This document shows positions 1 through 11,066 of a stretch of 64,000 bases of DNA, piece by piece. The translations under genes were made by a program, and so were the position numbers. A model generated the notes under the pieces. That model did no database searches. It saw only the letters and a list, made by a program, of their open reading frames with translations, and was not told the DNA's origin. This DNA comes from Balamuthia mandrillaris (lineage: Eukaryota). Every line of letters begins with the position of its first letter. Position 1 is the stretch's first letter. The stretch is taken from assembly GCA_031835245.2 (NCBI GenBank), contig JAVKOQ020000071.1, positions 62,001-126,000 of the forward strand, written 5' to 3'.

Positions 1-1945
1 AATAGGCCAACTAGTTTAGGAACAAACGGAAGAAAAAAAAAGTATGGTAAGAGATAAAAGATAAAAAGATAAGTAGAAGAGGAGCAGAGAAGAGAAAGAA
101 TAGTACTGAAGCCTTCGGCAAATGACAAAACACTCCTTGAAAAAAGAAGGAGACCCGCAGGCCATCCTCGGTCAGCTCGAAAAACTTTCGAGGATCATCT
201 ACTCCTCTCTCTTTCTCCTTCCTCATCTGCTGTTCTCTTTCCAGCTCTCTTCTACGTTGATCCTCTTTTATCTGTTGTCTTTTCAGCAACTCTCTCTTCC
301 TTCTTGCTTCCAATGCTGCGAGCAGCTCCTTTTCTTCTTCGATAAACGAAGAAGAAGAGGAAGAAGAGGAGGAAGAAGCAGGAGAAGTGATAGAAGTAGG
401 AGCATTGGATGGAAGAAGTGTCACCTCTCTAACGATCTTAAGACCTTCTTCTTCGCTGCTGTTGGTGTCTACCTCGAAAATGTTGAGACTGCGCTTCGCC
501 ATCGCTAAAAGAGAAATGGAAGATCCATTCGGAGAAACTGTTGTACTCGTTCTTCCACTTCTTCCACCAAAAGTCGAAAAAGAAGGAGCAGAAGAAGCAG
601 AGAGAGAGGAAACCACTAAAGAAGAAAGAGAAGATGGTTGTTGCTGTTGTTGCTGACTTGTAAGTACAGAAGAGGAGGAATCAGGTGATAACGAATTGTT
701 GTTGCGAAGAGGTTTTAGGCGATTGCGACACGACTTTTGTCGGGTGGCAAAGATATAGCGACCCAATTTATATTTATCCATTTTGCTATGAAGAAATAAC
801 TCCTGTTGCGTTTGTTTCAGAGAAAGCCAAAGCGAAAACCTTTCCAAAGAGAAAGAGAACGAGACGAGAGAAAAGCACCAACAAACAAACAAACAAACAA
901 ACAAACAAACAAACAAACAAACAAACAAACAAACAAACAAACAAACAAACAAACAAACAAACAAACAAACAAACAAACAAACAAACAAACAAACAAACAA
1001 ACAAACAAGCAAACCTGAGACTGGTGCCCCAAGATAATGAGGTTGCGAGTGGTAGAGCCCTGGCCAAAGGCCTTGTCCAACAGCCCTCTCCACACGCAGT
1101 GGTCTTGCCCTACCCTCCGCAGCAGCCGGCAGACCGAGGCCAAGCGCAGCACGTCCTCAAAGCTCTCCAGGTGCATGAAGATCATGACGATGAGCTCTAC
1201 GGGGAGGGAGGTCAGTCGAAAGGGAGTGGAGCACCGTTCCCCTCTCGTTGTGTGTGGCGTCCCTGTAAGCTCTCAGGCTCTCGTTGCTGAGACAGGAGTA
1301 CTCGTCGTCACATTCTTGTTCTTCCTCTTCCTCTTCTTCTTCTTCTTCGTAGGAAGAAGAGGAGGAAGAGTCGCCTTCTTCGTGGGAAGAAGAGGAGGAA
1401 TTGTTTTCTTCCTCCGTTTCTCCATCTTCTTCGTCTTCTTCGTCTTCTTTATATTTTCTCGGCTTCCGTTTTTGATGAGAGAGGTGCTTTCTGAAGGCTT
1501 TCTTGCTGCTCCGGCGTAGCGCCGAGGAGGTGGTGGCAGGAATGGTTTTGGCAGAGTCTTTTTTCTTGGGGTCGGCGTTGTGGCGTCGCCGACCACGACT
1601 GGCAGAAGAAGAAGATGAACTAGAAGAAGGAGAGAAAGAGGAAATCAGAGGCAGGGAGTTGCGCTTCTCCGCTTTGTGTCTGCGGCGTTTGCTGTTCTTT
1701 CGTTTGTGGCGGTTGAGCACTATTTTCTCTTCCTCCTCGTCGTTTTGTGCCAGCTGTTGTTGTTGTTGTTGGTGCGGAGAAGACATCGATGAGGAAGAGG
1801 GAGAAGAATAAGGCGAAGGGATAGAAGAATGAACAAGCCCGCTGCTGAGGTCATCCAACAAAGCCTGCTGGATGCTGAGCTCCTCCTCCGCGCTGAGCCT
1901 GGTTTCCTGGTCCAACGTTAACAGCAGCTTGGATACCCGTTTCAT
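1..1945 (-). CDS. F-box domain protein; 3' end runs off the window; apparent frameshift near 1200-1270
   Basis: Acidic/basic N-terminal ORF 1157-1945. An F-box motif (RLTSLPVELIVMIFMHLESFEDVLRLASVCRLLRRVGQDHCVW) follows in another frame. GT-AG intron 803-1014 joins HQSQ to ELFLHSKMDK in frame; another intron at about 11-154. Confidence 0.7.
879..1010. repeat. (CAAA)n microsatellite inside the F-box gene intron
   Basis: Perfect tetranucleotide run seen directly. Confidence 0.95.
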
Positions 1946-2328
1946 TCTCCCTCGTTTTAAGGTTGTGGTGGTTGTTGTGTTGTGCGAAGAATAATCCTTT
2001 ATGGTCGTCGTTTTAGTTTTCTTCTTCTTTCTTCTCCCTTCAAACTGTTTTTTTCATCTCTGCTACGTTTTCTTTCGTTACTTTTTTTTTTTGTAGCGCG
2101 TCGACAAAAATCAGAATGAGTTTGTCGACATTAAAATATTCTACATGCGAAATTTCAAAATGGAAATTTGTAAAAAAACCAAGGTGCGTCCATCTGGCGT
2201 CGAACTGGAGGATTTCCCCCGACAAATCATCCGGACAGGAGAGAAGAGATGAGATTAGAGACGAGCGAGAGAGAGGAAAGACACGAAAGAAGAGAGAAGC
2301 AAAGTAGCGGTGGAGAGAAAAAACAAAA

Positions 2329-3758
2329 ATGGCGAGTGGTGGTGGTGGTTCTCGGTCGTCCGCGCAGCTGAGCTCCAACAGCTCCAATCGTTCCTCCTCT
2401 GGCACTTCGGTACATCATACCCCCCGTTTCTTCGCAGGGTAAAGCTTCGATTCGATCTCACTCCACTCGTTTTACACCTTTGTAAAAAGTAGGAAATGAT
2501 CCCCAGGGTGCTCAAAGTCAAGAAAGTGGACAAGTTCATTCCCATATGGAGGGACAGAGGTTCGGGAGGACGTGTGCCAAACGTAACCTTCTATCGCCCC
2601 ATCGTGCCACCGGGCTATTTTAGCGTTGGGGACGTGGCGAGGCCTTACTATGACCCACAACCCAAAGGAGAGGCTGGTGGAGAGGAACCCGTTTATGTTG
2701 TCTCAGAACGTAACCCGTTATTTCCTGAATACCTTCGAAAGGTTTGCTCATAATACGTGTTCTTGTTCTTCTTCGTTCTTGTCTTCTTGTTCTTCTTCTT
2801 GTTCTTCTTCTCCTTATTTCTTCTTCTGATATTAGCCAGTGGACTGGCGGGAAGTATGGAACGACAGAGGAACGCGTTGCAAAACACCTTGTTCCATGTG
2901 GCTTCCAGTTCCACCGCCAGGCTTCGTTTCTCTGGGCTTCGTCATAACTGCTGATCACAACAAACCACCTTTGGACATCATTCGCTGTGTTCATCATAGT
3001 GTACGTCAATCTTTCTTCTTTCTCCTTTCTGATTGCTCTTGTTCGTTTCGTTCGTTATTTTCTGCTCATGTCGCTTTCTCTCTACCTTTCTTTTGCTATT
3101 TATTCATTTTTCTTCCCGTTCACAGGTAGCTCATCCCGCCAAATGCTCGGAGCAGCGAGTGTGGTGTGATCGTGGAACGGGCGCCAAGCTCAACGTGACC
3201 ATCTTCTCTGTGGTCGGAGACGAGGACCGCGATCCCTCCCTCGTCAACTCCTTCCTGCCCGGCACTTGGGTGGCTGTGGGGCACTACGGCGTCCCCACGT
3301 TTGTAGTTTACTGCCTGGACCGACGCGCCATTCTCAACCTCTATGAAGAGGAGGATGAGGAGGAAGAAGCAGTGGAAGGCGAAGAGAAAAAGAGGCCAAA
3401 GAACAAACCGCTCACCGCCAGCTCTGCCATGCTCCAACGCACCAAAAGCTTTGCCCTGCAAAGGATGGCCTCTGCTGCCGGCTCCAACGCCGCTCTGTGC
3501 CCTTGCTGCGAGGGCACGGGGACGTTGGGTGCGTTCGGACCCTGCGAGCCCTCCAGCGTGCACGCCCTCGCCAGCTGTCCCACCTGTGATGGCCAGGGAA
3601 CGGTCACCAAGGGGGTGCAACGGTGCGAGAATTGCGCGGGGAAGGGCGGGGTGGGTCCCTTTGGCTGCTGCGACCAGTTCTCCTTGCACTACAGGCCCTG
3701 CGTGGTGTGCAAGGGGCGGTGCTATCTTTCCTCCTCGCAACAGCAGCAGAGCTCATGA
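2329..3758 (+). CDS. Vps62/DUF946-like repeat protein with C-terminal CxxCxGxG zinc-binding repeats (4 exons)
   Basis: Three WxDRG units, with PPGYFSVGD and PPPGFVSLG motifs. C-terminus has CPCCEGTG, CPTCDGQG, CENCAGKG and CVVCKG. GT-AG introns keep the frame. Confidence 0.75.
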
Positions 3759-4043
3759 ATGAAGCCAGTTGTGGGTGTGTGTTGTTGGTGCCAATGTTAC
3801 ACAGAAATAACGTTTTGTTATTACAAAGAACGAAAATAAAGGAAAAAAATAAATGAAAATAAAATGTTTTTATTTATTTTATTCGTAAAATAAATGAAAA
3901 TAAAAGGATTTTAATTTTGTCGACATCCAAATATATTGTCGACATTAACACTCAAAAAATTTCCTGGAATTAAAATACGAAAATCTTCAACAAAGAGACA
4001 ACGCATTACACATAACACAACAGCTACAAAAGTAAGTACGAGC

Positions 4044-5006
4044 ATGGCGAGGACGAAGCAAACAGCAAGGAAAACCACGGGTGGGAAAGCGCCCAGAAAA
4101 GTGTTAGCCACCAAAAAGGCCGCCGTGCTTGCCAAACCAGCTTTCGGCAGGTTTGCTGCCGTCCAGAAGCCTCACCGCTATAGACCTGGCACCGTGGCGT
4201 TACGCGAGATCAGAACCTTCCAAAAGAGCACTGGTGTGCATGTTTTTATGTGTTTGAGTTCTGTTCTAGAGTTCTCTAATTGTTTTGCTTGTCTCTCCTT
4301 CTTCTTGTTCTTCTTCTTCTTCTTCTTCTTCTTCTTCTTCTTCTTCGTTCTTCTTCTTCTTCTTCTTCTTCTTCTTGTTCTTCTTCTTCTTCTTCTTCTT
4401 CTTCTTCTTCTCTTCTCCTTGTTCTTCTTCTTGCTTCTTCTTCTCAAAAGACTTGATCATTAAGCGAGTGGCTTTTGAGAGGCTTATCAGAGAAATAGCA
4501 CAAGACTTTCGTTGTGGCCTTCGTTTCGCTAAGCCGGCCCTGAACGTACCTTTTTCTTTTGTTCTCTCTCTTCTTTTAAATACTTAGCAGCTTTCCTCTC
4601 TCGCTTTCTTTCTTTTCAAACAGGCTATACAACAAGCTACCGAAGCGTACCTGGTTGGCCTGTTCGCTGACGCAAACGTATTCTCTTTCGTTCTCTGCTT
4701 CTCACTTCCTCTCTTCTTGCTCCTCTTTCCTGTTCCTCTTTGCTCTTTCTCCGTTTTTCTCTTCTTCTCATGAATTTATTTGCTAGTTATGTGCCATTCA
4801 TGGCAAGCGAACAAGCGTCATGCCAAAAGTACGTGACTGGCTGCCTTTCAATCCATTCCTTATCCTTTTCTCTTTCTGACCACATCTTGTTCTTGTTCTT
4901 CCTCTTCATCTTGTTCTTCTTCTTCGTTCTTCTCTGTTGTCTTCTTCTTCCATCCTTCTAGGACGTGATGTTAGCTCGCAGACTTCGTAAAGAACTCGCC
5001 TTCTAA
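4044..5006 (+). CDS. Divergent histone H3 variant A (5 exons)
   Basis: Spliced: [19 protein letters not shown]...[50 protein letters not shown]...[40 protein letters not shown]. Exons 4044-4233, 4451-4545, 4624-4677, 4787-4828, 4962-5006. Confidence 0.93.
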
Positions 5007-5129
5007 TGGCAGCTTGCCCTCTGGCCTCTCCTGTTTTTTTTAAAAAAAAAGGAACGAAAAACTTTAAATTATAATATAATATAAAATTCTTTCCTGGAAA
5101 CAAAACCATATAACCTTTATAATAAAAAC

Positions 5130-6054
5130 ATGGTGAGAACGAAGCGGGTTGCACGGAAGTCGACGGACTCGGCCTCCTCCCAGCAAGGAGGAGGTAGCCT
5201 TCCAGCGCAAGCGTCTTCCACCACCGCAACGCAACCACCCGCCAGACCTACTTTGTCCCGACCACTCAAGAAGCCCCATTGCTTTAGGCCGGGAGCAGTT
5301 GCGTTACGCGAGATCCGCACCTTCCCGCAGCATGGTAATGTGGTGGCTGCTTCTTGTCGTTAATGTTCTCTTTGTTGACTTTTGCTTTCTTTCTCTTGAA
5401 CAGATTTGCTCGTTCGAAGAAAGGCTTTCGAGAGGTTGGCCAGAGAAATGTTAGCGGAACGCTCTGACAAAGGGCTTCGTTTTGATGAACCTGCGCTGAG
5501 AGTAAGCGTTCCTTGATTTTGGCTCTGACTTCTCTTGCTTATTCTTGGCTTTCCTTTGAAAGGTGTTGCAGCAGGCAGCGGAAGAGTATTTGATCGGCTT
5601 TTTTTCTGATGCAAATGTACGTTCTTTCTTCTTCTGCTTGTTCTTCGTTCTTCTTCTTCGTTCTTCTTCTTCTTCTTCTTCTTCTTCTTCTTCTTCTTCT
5701 TCTTCTTCTTCGTTCTTCTTCTTCTTCTTCTGGTTCTTGTTCTTCTTGTTCTTCTTCTTCTTCTTCTTCGTTCTTCTTCTTCTTCTTCTTCTTCTTCTTC
5801 TTCTTCTTCTTCGTTCTTCTTCTTCGTTCTTCTTCTTCTTCTTATTCTTCTTCTTCCTCTTCTTCCGCTTCTCCTTCCTAATCATGTGTTTGTAGTCTTG
5901 TGCTCTGCATTCCAAGAGAATAAACGTGCAACCAAAAGTAAGACTATGCCACCTTCTCTTCACCTCTCCTCGTTTATTCTAACGTTCTCTCTTCCTCTCT
6001 TTTCTCTTACCAAAGGACATGATGTTAGCCCGAAGACTGCGTAAAGAATGCTAA
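5130..6054 (+). CDS. Highly divergent histone H3 variant B (5 exons), tandem paralog of A
   Basis: MVRTKRVARKS...KKPHCFRPGAVALREIR...AFERLAREMLAERSDKGLRF...[38 protein letters not shown]. Same four intron positions as variant A. Confidence 0.88.
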
Positions 6055-6182
6055 TCAAGTGTATATAGTTTCTTTTTCTCCTTCGTTCTTCTTTCTCCTT
6101 CTGCTTGCTTCAAGAGCCAACGTCTTCCTTCTTAACTTCTTGTGGCTATCTATCTCTCTTTAAACATCGATAATGTTTATTT

Positions 6183-6610
6183 TTAATAGTTGGAGAGCAT
6201 CTTAACGATGGTCTGGAGGAATCTACCAAAGCCAACAGTGCGTTTGTTCATGGCAACATTCCAATCGGCTGTTAATACAAAAGTAATGATGTCAGGAAAC
6301 AAAGAAGTGGAAGAACAAGCATGAGAATCAGATGAAGAACAAGAACGAAGAAGAAGAACAAGCGTGAGCACAAGAACGAAGAGCAAAACGAAGAAGAAGA
6401 CGGGAATGATGTACGAGTGGTGCAGGGCATAGAAGGAGGAGCATAGATGCTCGGGTCCAAAGGCCCGGCCACTGTATTTTCGAACGTGATCTGCAGCAGA
6501 CCAGCTCCGAAAACGGGCAGGTCGCTGAGGGCTTGCTTCACCAAGTAACCGTACTGCGTTTGCGCTTTGTTTACCCACACCTTTGTTCTTATGTTTTAGT
6601 TCGTTTGTTC

Positions 6611-6641
<31 letters not shown>

Positions 6642-7219
6642 CGCAGAGAGGAGAACGGGAAGCGGAACGTACAGTGAGGCTACCGGGAAAGCCGTCCGGA
6701 AGTTCAAAGGTCCAAACGCTGCATTTGACGCCATCCACGGTCTCGTCCCTGACGTATTGGGCGTCGTCGGGGAGGCTCCAACTGAGAACATCTATGTAAC
6801 CCTATTTTTATCTGTTAAAAGAAAGAAAGCGGACAAGAACAACAGGGAAACGTTACGTCCGTAAAGACCTCGGTCCAACAGATGTTGTTCCTCTCAAACC
6901 AATAGAAAGTGATGTCATCGGGGTTCACGTTGGGGTTGGCGATGACGGTCGTCTCGAAGTAAACGGGGAAATAGTGAGCTCCGGCCACGCTGAACCTCAT
7001 GGCTCCAAGCTTGGCGTCCAGGGCAAGCCCTCCGGAGAGGAAGGCCTGTTGGGTGTTGTCCGAGCCCGCCACGGTCCAGTTGGTGGTGAAGGCCTGAGCC
7101 AAAGCGGGAGGGGAGCGCAGCGGCAGGGGCTGCTGTTGGCCCTGGAACGACAGCGGCCCGGCGGAGCAGAGAGCGGCCGACAGCAGGAAGCAGAAAAGCA
7201 AGCGGAGAGAGGGCTGCAT
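6183..7219 (-). CDS. Secreted ependymin-related-like protein, paralog A
   Basis: Signal peptide MQPSLRLLFCFLLSAALCSAG, PPALAQAF, NICW, ETVDGVKC, and FENTVAGPLDPSIYAPPSMPC. This pattern is typical of EPDR-like proteins; family assigned from motif memory. Confidence 0.65.
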
Positions 7220-7719
7220 CGTTGTGCGTTCCGGAGTGTTGTTGTGCAAGAATGATGATGCTTATAAAAACAAGCAATTGTGTAATGCATCGGTATTTTA
7301 TAATGAAAGGAAAGCGATGAAACGCACGAGGACGTTTGGTTTGAAACAAGCCTCCACCTCATACACCATAGCAAACGCCTTTTCAAAAACAGTTATTAAA
7401 AGCACGAAGCTCTTTCGAAAATGGTTATTAACCGGAGGCACAACAACAAATGCGCATAACCGAACGCTTGAATGCCTTGAAGGATGGGTTTGCACGAGCG
7501 ACAAGGATGATGAGCGAACTGCTTGTTGTTTTTGGAGGGGGAGACAAGGTTGCCGCGCTCTTCTTCCTCCTCGGAATGGGTTGAAGGACAATGGGTTGTG
7601 GGCCTTGGGGCTCGCCCGCTTTGGAGTTTTTTTTTTTCCTTCGCTCGCTTTCACCTCGAACGAGCAGCGGCATCGGTGATGCAGGACATAAAGAGAGGGG
7701 AGAGGGAAGGGGAGAGAGA

Positions 7720-7763
<44 letters not shown>

Positions 7764-7837
7764 GAAGAGAGCCAAAACTCATACTATGATTTACCATGCT
7801 CTCACTTTATTTAAAGAGCAAAGAGGGTGCTTTCGTT

Positions 7838-8850
7838 TTACTGGTTGGTGAGCGTCTCCATGATGGTCTGGAAGAGGCCGCCAAAGCCAACATCGCGCTT
7901 GGCCATGAAGTTACCAAAGTCGGCTTGAAAGCAACAATAAACGTGAGCCATTGAACCAAGAAGAGAGAGAGAGAGAGAAGCAACACAAGAAGAAAAGGTG
8001 ACTTACGGGTGACGCAGTCCAAGTGAGGAGGAGCATAGATGGCAGGGTCCAAGGGGCCAGCCTCAGCGTTGCTGAACTTGATCAGCACCTTGCCGACTCC
8101 GTACATGTCCTGGTCGACGCGAGCCTGCTTCACCAAGTAACCGTATTTGGTCTGCTCTTTGCTCACCCACACCTGTTTTTAAGATTAGAGCAGTTCAAAA
8201 AAATAAAAGCACACGAAGAAGAAGGAAGCATGTACGGTGAGGCCATCAAAAAAGCCGCTAGTAAGGTTGAAGGCCCAAACGCTGCACTTCACGCCGTCCA
8301 CGGTCTCGTCCTTGACGTACTGGGCGTCCTCGGGGATGCTCCAGTCGAACAGCTCCAAATAACCCTATTGTTACAAAACAAGATTAGAAAAGTTAAACAA
8401 AGGGGATGGATCGAGCAAAAAAGAAAACAGAAGTGTTTTAAACAAAAACAAACAAAGACGTACATCAGAGAACTTCTCGGTCCAGCAAATGTTGTTCCTC
8501 TCGAACCAGTAGAAGGTCACCTCGTCGGGGTTCACGTCGGGGTTGGCGATGAGGGTGGTCTCGAAGTAAACGGGGAACCACTGGGCGCCGGCGATGGCCA
8601 GCCTCAGGGCGCCGTGCTTGGTGTCCAGGGCCAGGCTGCCGGAGAGGAAGACCTTGTTGGTCCAGGAGGAGCCCACGGCGGAGACGGTCCAGTTGGTGAG
8701 GAAGGCCTGGGCCAGGGCGGGGGGCGCCTTGCCGAACGCGGCGCCGGTCGGCTTGTAGGAGTAGTCCTGCACGGAGAGGGGTCTGGCGGCGGAGGCGGCG
8801 GCCACCAGGCAGAGAGAGGCCACCAGGACGAGGAGAACAGCGGGCTGCAT
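7838..8850 (-). CDS. Secreted ependymin-related-like protein, paralog B
   Basis: Signal peptide MQPAVLLVLVASLCLVAAASA. Clearly paralogous to 6183-7219 (shared FPVYFETT, ANP, TFYWFERNNICWTE, YGYLVKQA) with matching introns. Confidence 0.65.
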
Positions 8851-9147
8851 TGGGTAGGTGTTGGTTGTTGGTGTGTGGAGTGACGAAGAATGCAAAAAGA
8901 AAGGAAGAAGAAGAAGAAGTTACATATATATTAAACAGCTTAATAATTCATTACATTCTTATTAATAGGGAGCGAAAAGACACGAGGCAGCAAGGCGAAT
9001 GCGATAATGTCCGCGGTGTTGGCGCGGTGCGGGTGGTTGGTTTTTGTGTTGCATCCTCGGAGGGAGACCAACGGTTCCCTTGGCGCCGAAGGGTGGATAA
9101 CGCGGAAGATTTCTGCTTTTGCTTTTAGTGTTTTTTGCGAGGCAAAA

Positions 9148-9211
9148 GAGCTTAACTTCGCTGATCGGACGGGAAGCGGTGCTTTCTCCGCAGTATGGCC
9201 GCATCCGACTG
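9148..9211 (-). pseudogene. Inverted 5' half of the 5S rRNA gene (truncated copy or 5S-derived small RNA)
   Basis: Its reverse complement matches 9489-9552 at 63/64 positions. It ends after box A (AGTTAAGC) and is followed by TTTT on the minus strand. Confidence 0.85.
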
Positions 9212-9493
9212 CCGAAGTGGAACGCTAACAATATAATAATATCGTCGGATACGGCCAAAGACTATTCTGATATGGAGGATGGACCCCTCCATCGTGGTCC
9301 TGTCCTTTGGATTCTTGTAGTAGGTGGTCGGAAGCTTCATTGCATTCTGTGAAACAACGTACACACGAAAACAACCTTTGGATATTGGGGGTAGAACCGG
9401 GCATGACCATGCTTGCACGAAAGAGGGTTAGCAGGCAAATCAGGACGAAAGAGGCCAGATACGGCCATACTGTAAGAAAGTGAATACACAGTC

Positions 9494-9612
9494 GGATACG
9501 GCCATACTGCGGAGAAAGCACCGCTTCCCGTCCGATCAGCGAAGTTAAGCTCCGCCAGGCGATGTTAGTACTGGGGTGGGTGACCACCCGGGAATCCATC
9601 GTGCTGTATCCT
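9494..9612 (+). rRNA. 5S ribosomal RNA
   Basis: 119 nt, GGATACGGCCATAC...GAAGTTAAGC...TTAGTACTGGGGTGGGTGACCACCCGGGAA...GCTGTATCCT. Terminal helix pairs, and box A and box C are present. Confidence 0.97.
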
Positions 9613-9615
9613 CCC

Positions 9616-9623
9616 TTTTTTTT
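9616..9623 (+). terminator. RNA polymerase III oligo-T terminator of the 5S gene
   Basis: T run immediately after the 5S 3' end. Confidence 0.8.
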
Positions 9624-10370
9624 CCTGTTCTTCTTCTCCTTCCCCCTCCCTCCCTCCCTCCCTTCCTATCTTCCCTCCTTCTTCCTGCCTTCCCTCCCTC
9701 CCTTTCTCCCCTTTTCTCCTTGTATCCTCCTTTTTTTCTTCCCCTTTCCTCCTTCTTGCTTCATTTTCCAACACCTTTTTGTCCCTTCTCTTTTTTTTTT
9801 TTGTTCTGAGCCACTTGGTTTTGCTTTCTCCTCTATTCAAAAACGCGTGGCGTTGTTCTTCGGCTTTAGCAGCTTTATTATGAGACGCCGTGTTCTAGCG
9901 CAGAACGCCCATTCCGGCTTTGCCAGACTGGAACTCACAAACCTCCAGCACGCTTCTTCCGTGCAAGAGACAAAATCTTGCTGACAGATGATCTCCTTTA
10001 GCAATTGCAGGGTTACCTAGCAGACCAGACTTTCCTTTGTCGCACCGAATTTCTTTTGAGTCTTGGTGCTCCCCTCGCTCACTGTCCAGGTTGCTCCAAA
10101 CCCAAAGATATAGGCAATACAGAAAGCAAAAAGGATATGTCCCGAAAACACATCCGCTTTCAAAGAGTTTGCCAACCAAACTTCAGCCCGCTTACCCTTT
10201 TCGAAGCGCAGTTTCCTCTCCGTTTCTGCCGATCACAGAGCATCGTCCCTCTTTTGTGATGGATGATCAGCTTACCTCCAGGATAAATAGCAGCTTCTGC
10301 TCGTCGTTCCAAAACAACAATCACAACAAACAACAAAAGAACAAAAGAACAACATACATAACCAAAGACC

Positions 10371-11066
10371 ATGAAGATTCTCATTACAGTTGCCTTGTTG
10401 GCCTTGTTTGCATCTGCCTCGCTTGCAAGAGTGAACTATGGCTCTGGGGATGTGTCCTATGATGGTGACGAGGTGACCTACGACGGCGGAGACGTCTCCT
10501 ACGATGGCGGAGAGGTGACCTACGATGGAGGAGATGTTTCTTATGACGGCGGAGACGTGACTTACGATGGAGGTGATACTTCCTACGATGGTGGCGACGT
10601 CACTTACGATGGCGGAGATGTTTCTTATGATGGCGGTGATGTTACCTATGATGGTGGGGATGTGTCTTATGACGGCGGAGACGTGACTTATGATGGTGGA
10701 GACGTGTCCTACGATGGAGGAGACGTTTCTTACGATGGAGGCGATGTTGAATACGATGGCGGCTGTTATTACGCTGGAGGTGTAACCTATGATGGCGGTG
10801 ATGTCTCCTACGATGGAGGTGACGTTACCTATGACGGAGGAGATGTCTCTTATGACGGCGGAGACGTGACCTACGACGGCGGCGATACTTCCTACGATGG
10901 CGGCGACGTCTCTTACGATGGTGGTGATGTCTCTTACGACGGTGGCGACGTGACCTACGATGGCGGTGATGTCTCCTACGACGGTGGCGATGTCTCTTAC
11001 GATGGCGGTGATGTTGCCTATGATGGTAGCGCTTACGATGGCGCGGACGAGGTGACTTACAAGTAA
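10371..11066 (+). CDS. Secreted acidic heptad-repeat protein (YDGGDV[S/T])n
   Basis: Signal peptide MKILITVALLALFASASLA and about 28 heptads. Codons vary synonymously while the peptide stays fixed. Intronless. Confidence 0.9.
   Translation: MKILITVALLALFASASLARVNYGSGDVSYDGDEVTYDGGDVSYDGGEVTYDGGDVSYDGGDVTYDGGDTSYDGGDVTYDGGDVSYDGGDVTYDGGDVSYDGGDVTYDGGDVSYDGGDVSYDGGDVEYDGGCYYAGGVTYDGGDVSYDGGDVTYDGGDVSYDGGDVTYDGGDTSYDGGDVSYDGGDVSYDGGDVTYDGGDVSYDGGDVSYDGGDVAYDGSAYDGADEVTYK

Noticed and set aside
9258..9457. Hammerhead ribozyme upstream of 5S (GGACGAAA present)
   Set aside because: No CUGAUGA core and no supporting stems.
10440..11060. 21-bp periodic array as a CRISPR-like locus
   Set aside because: No unique spacers and no cas genes; it is a coding repeat in a eukaryote.
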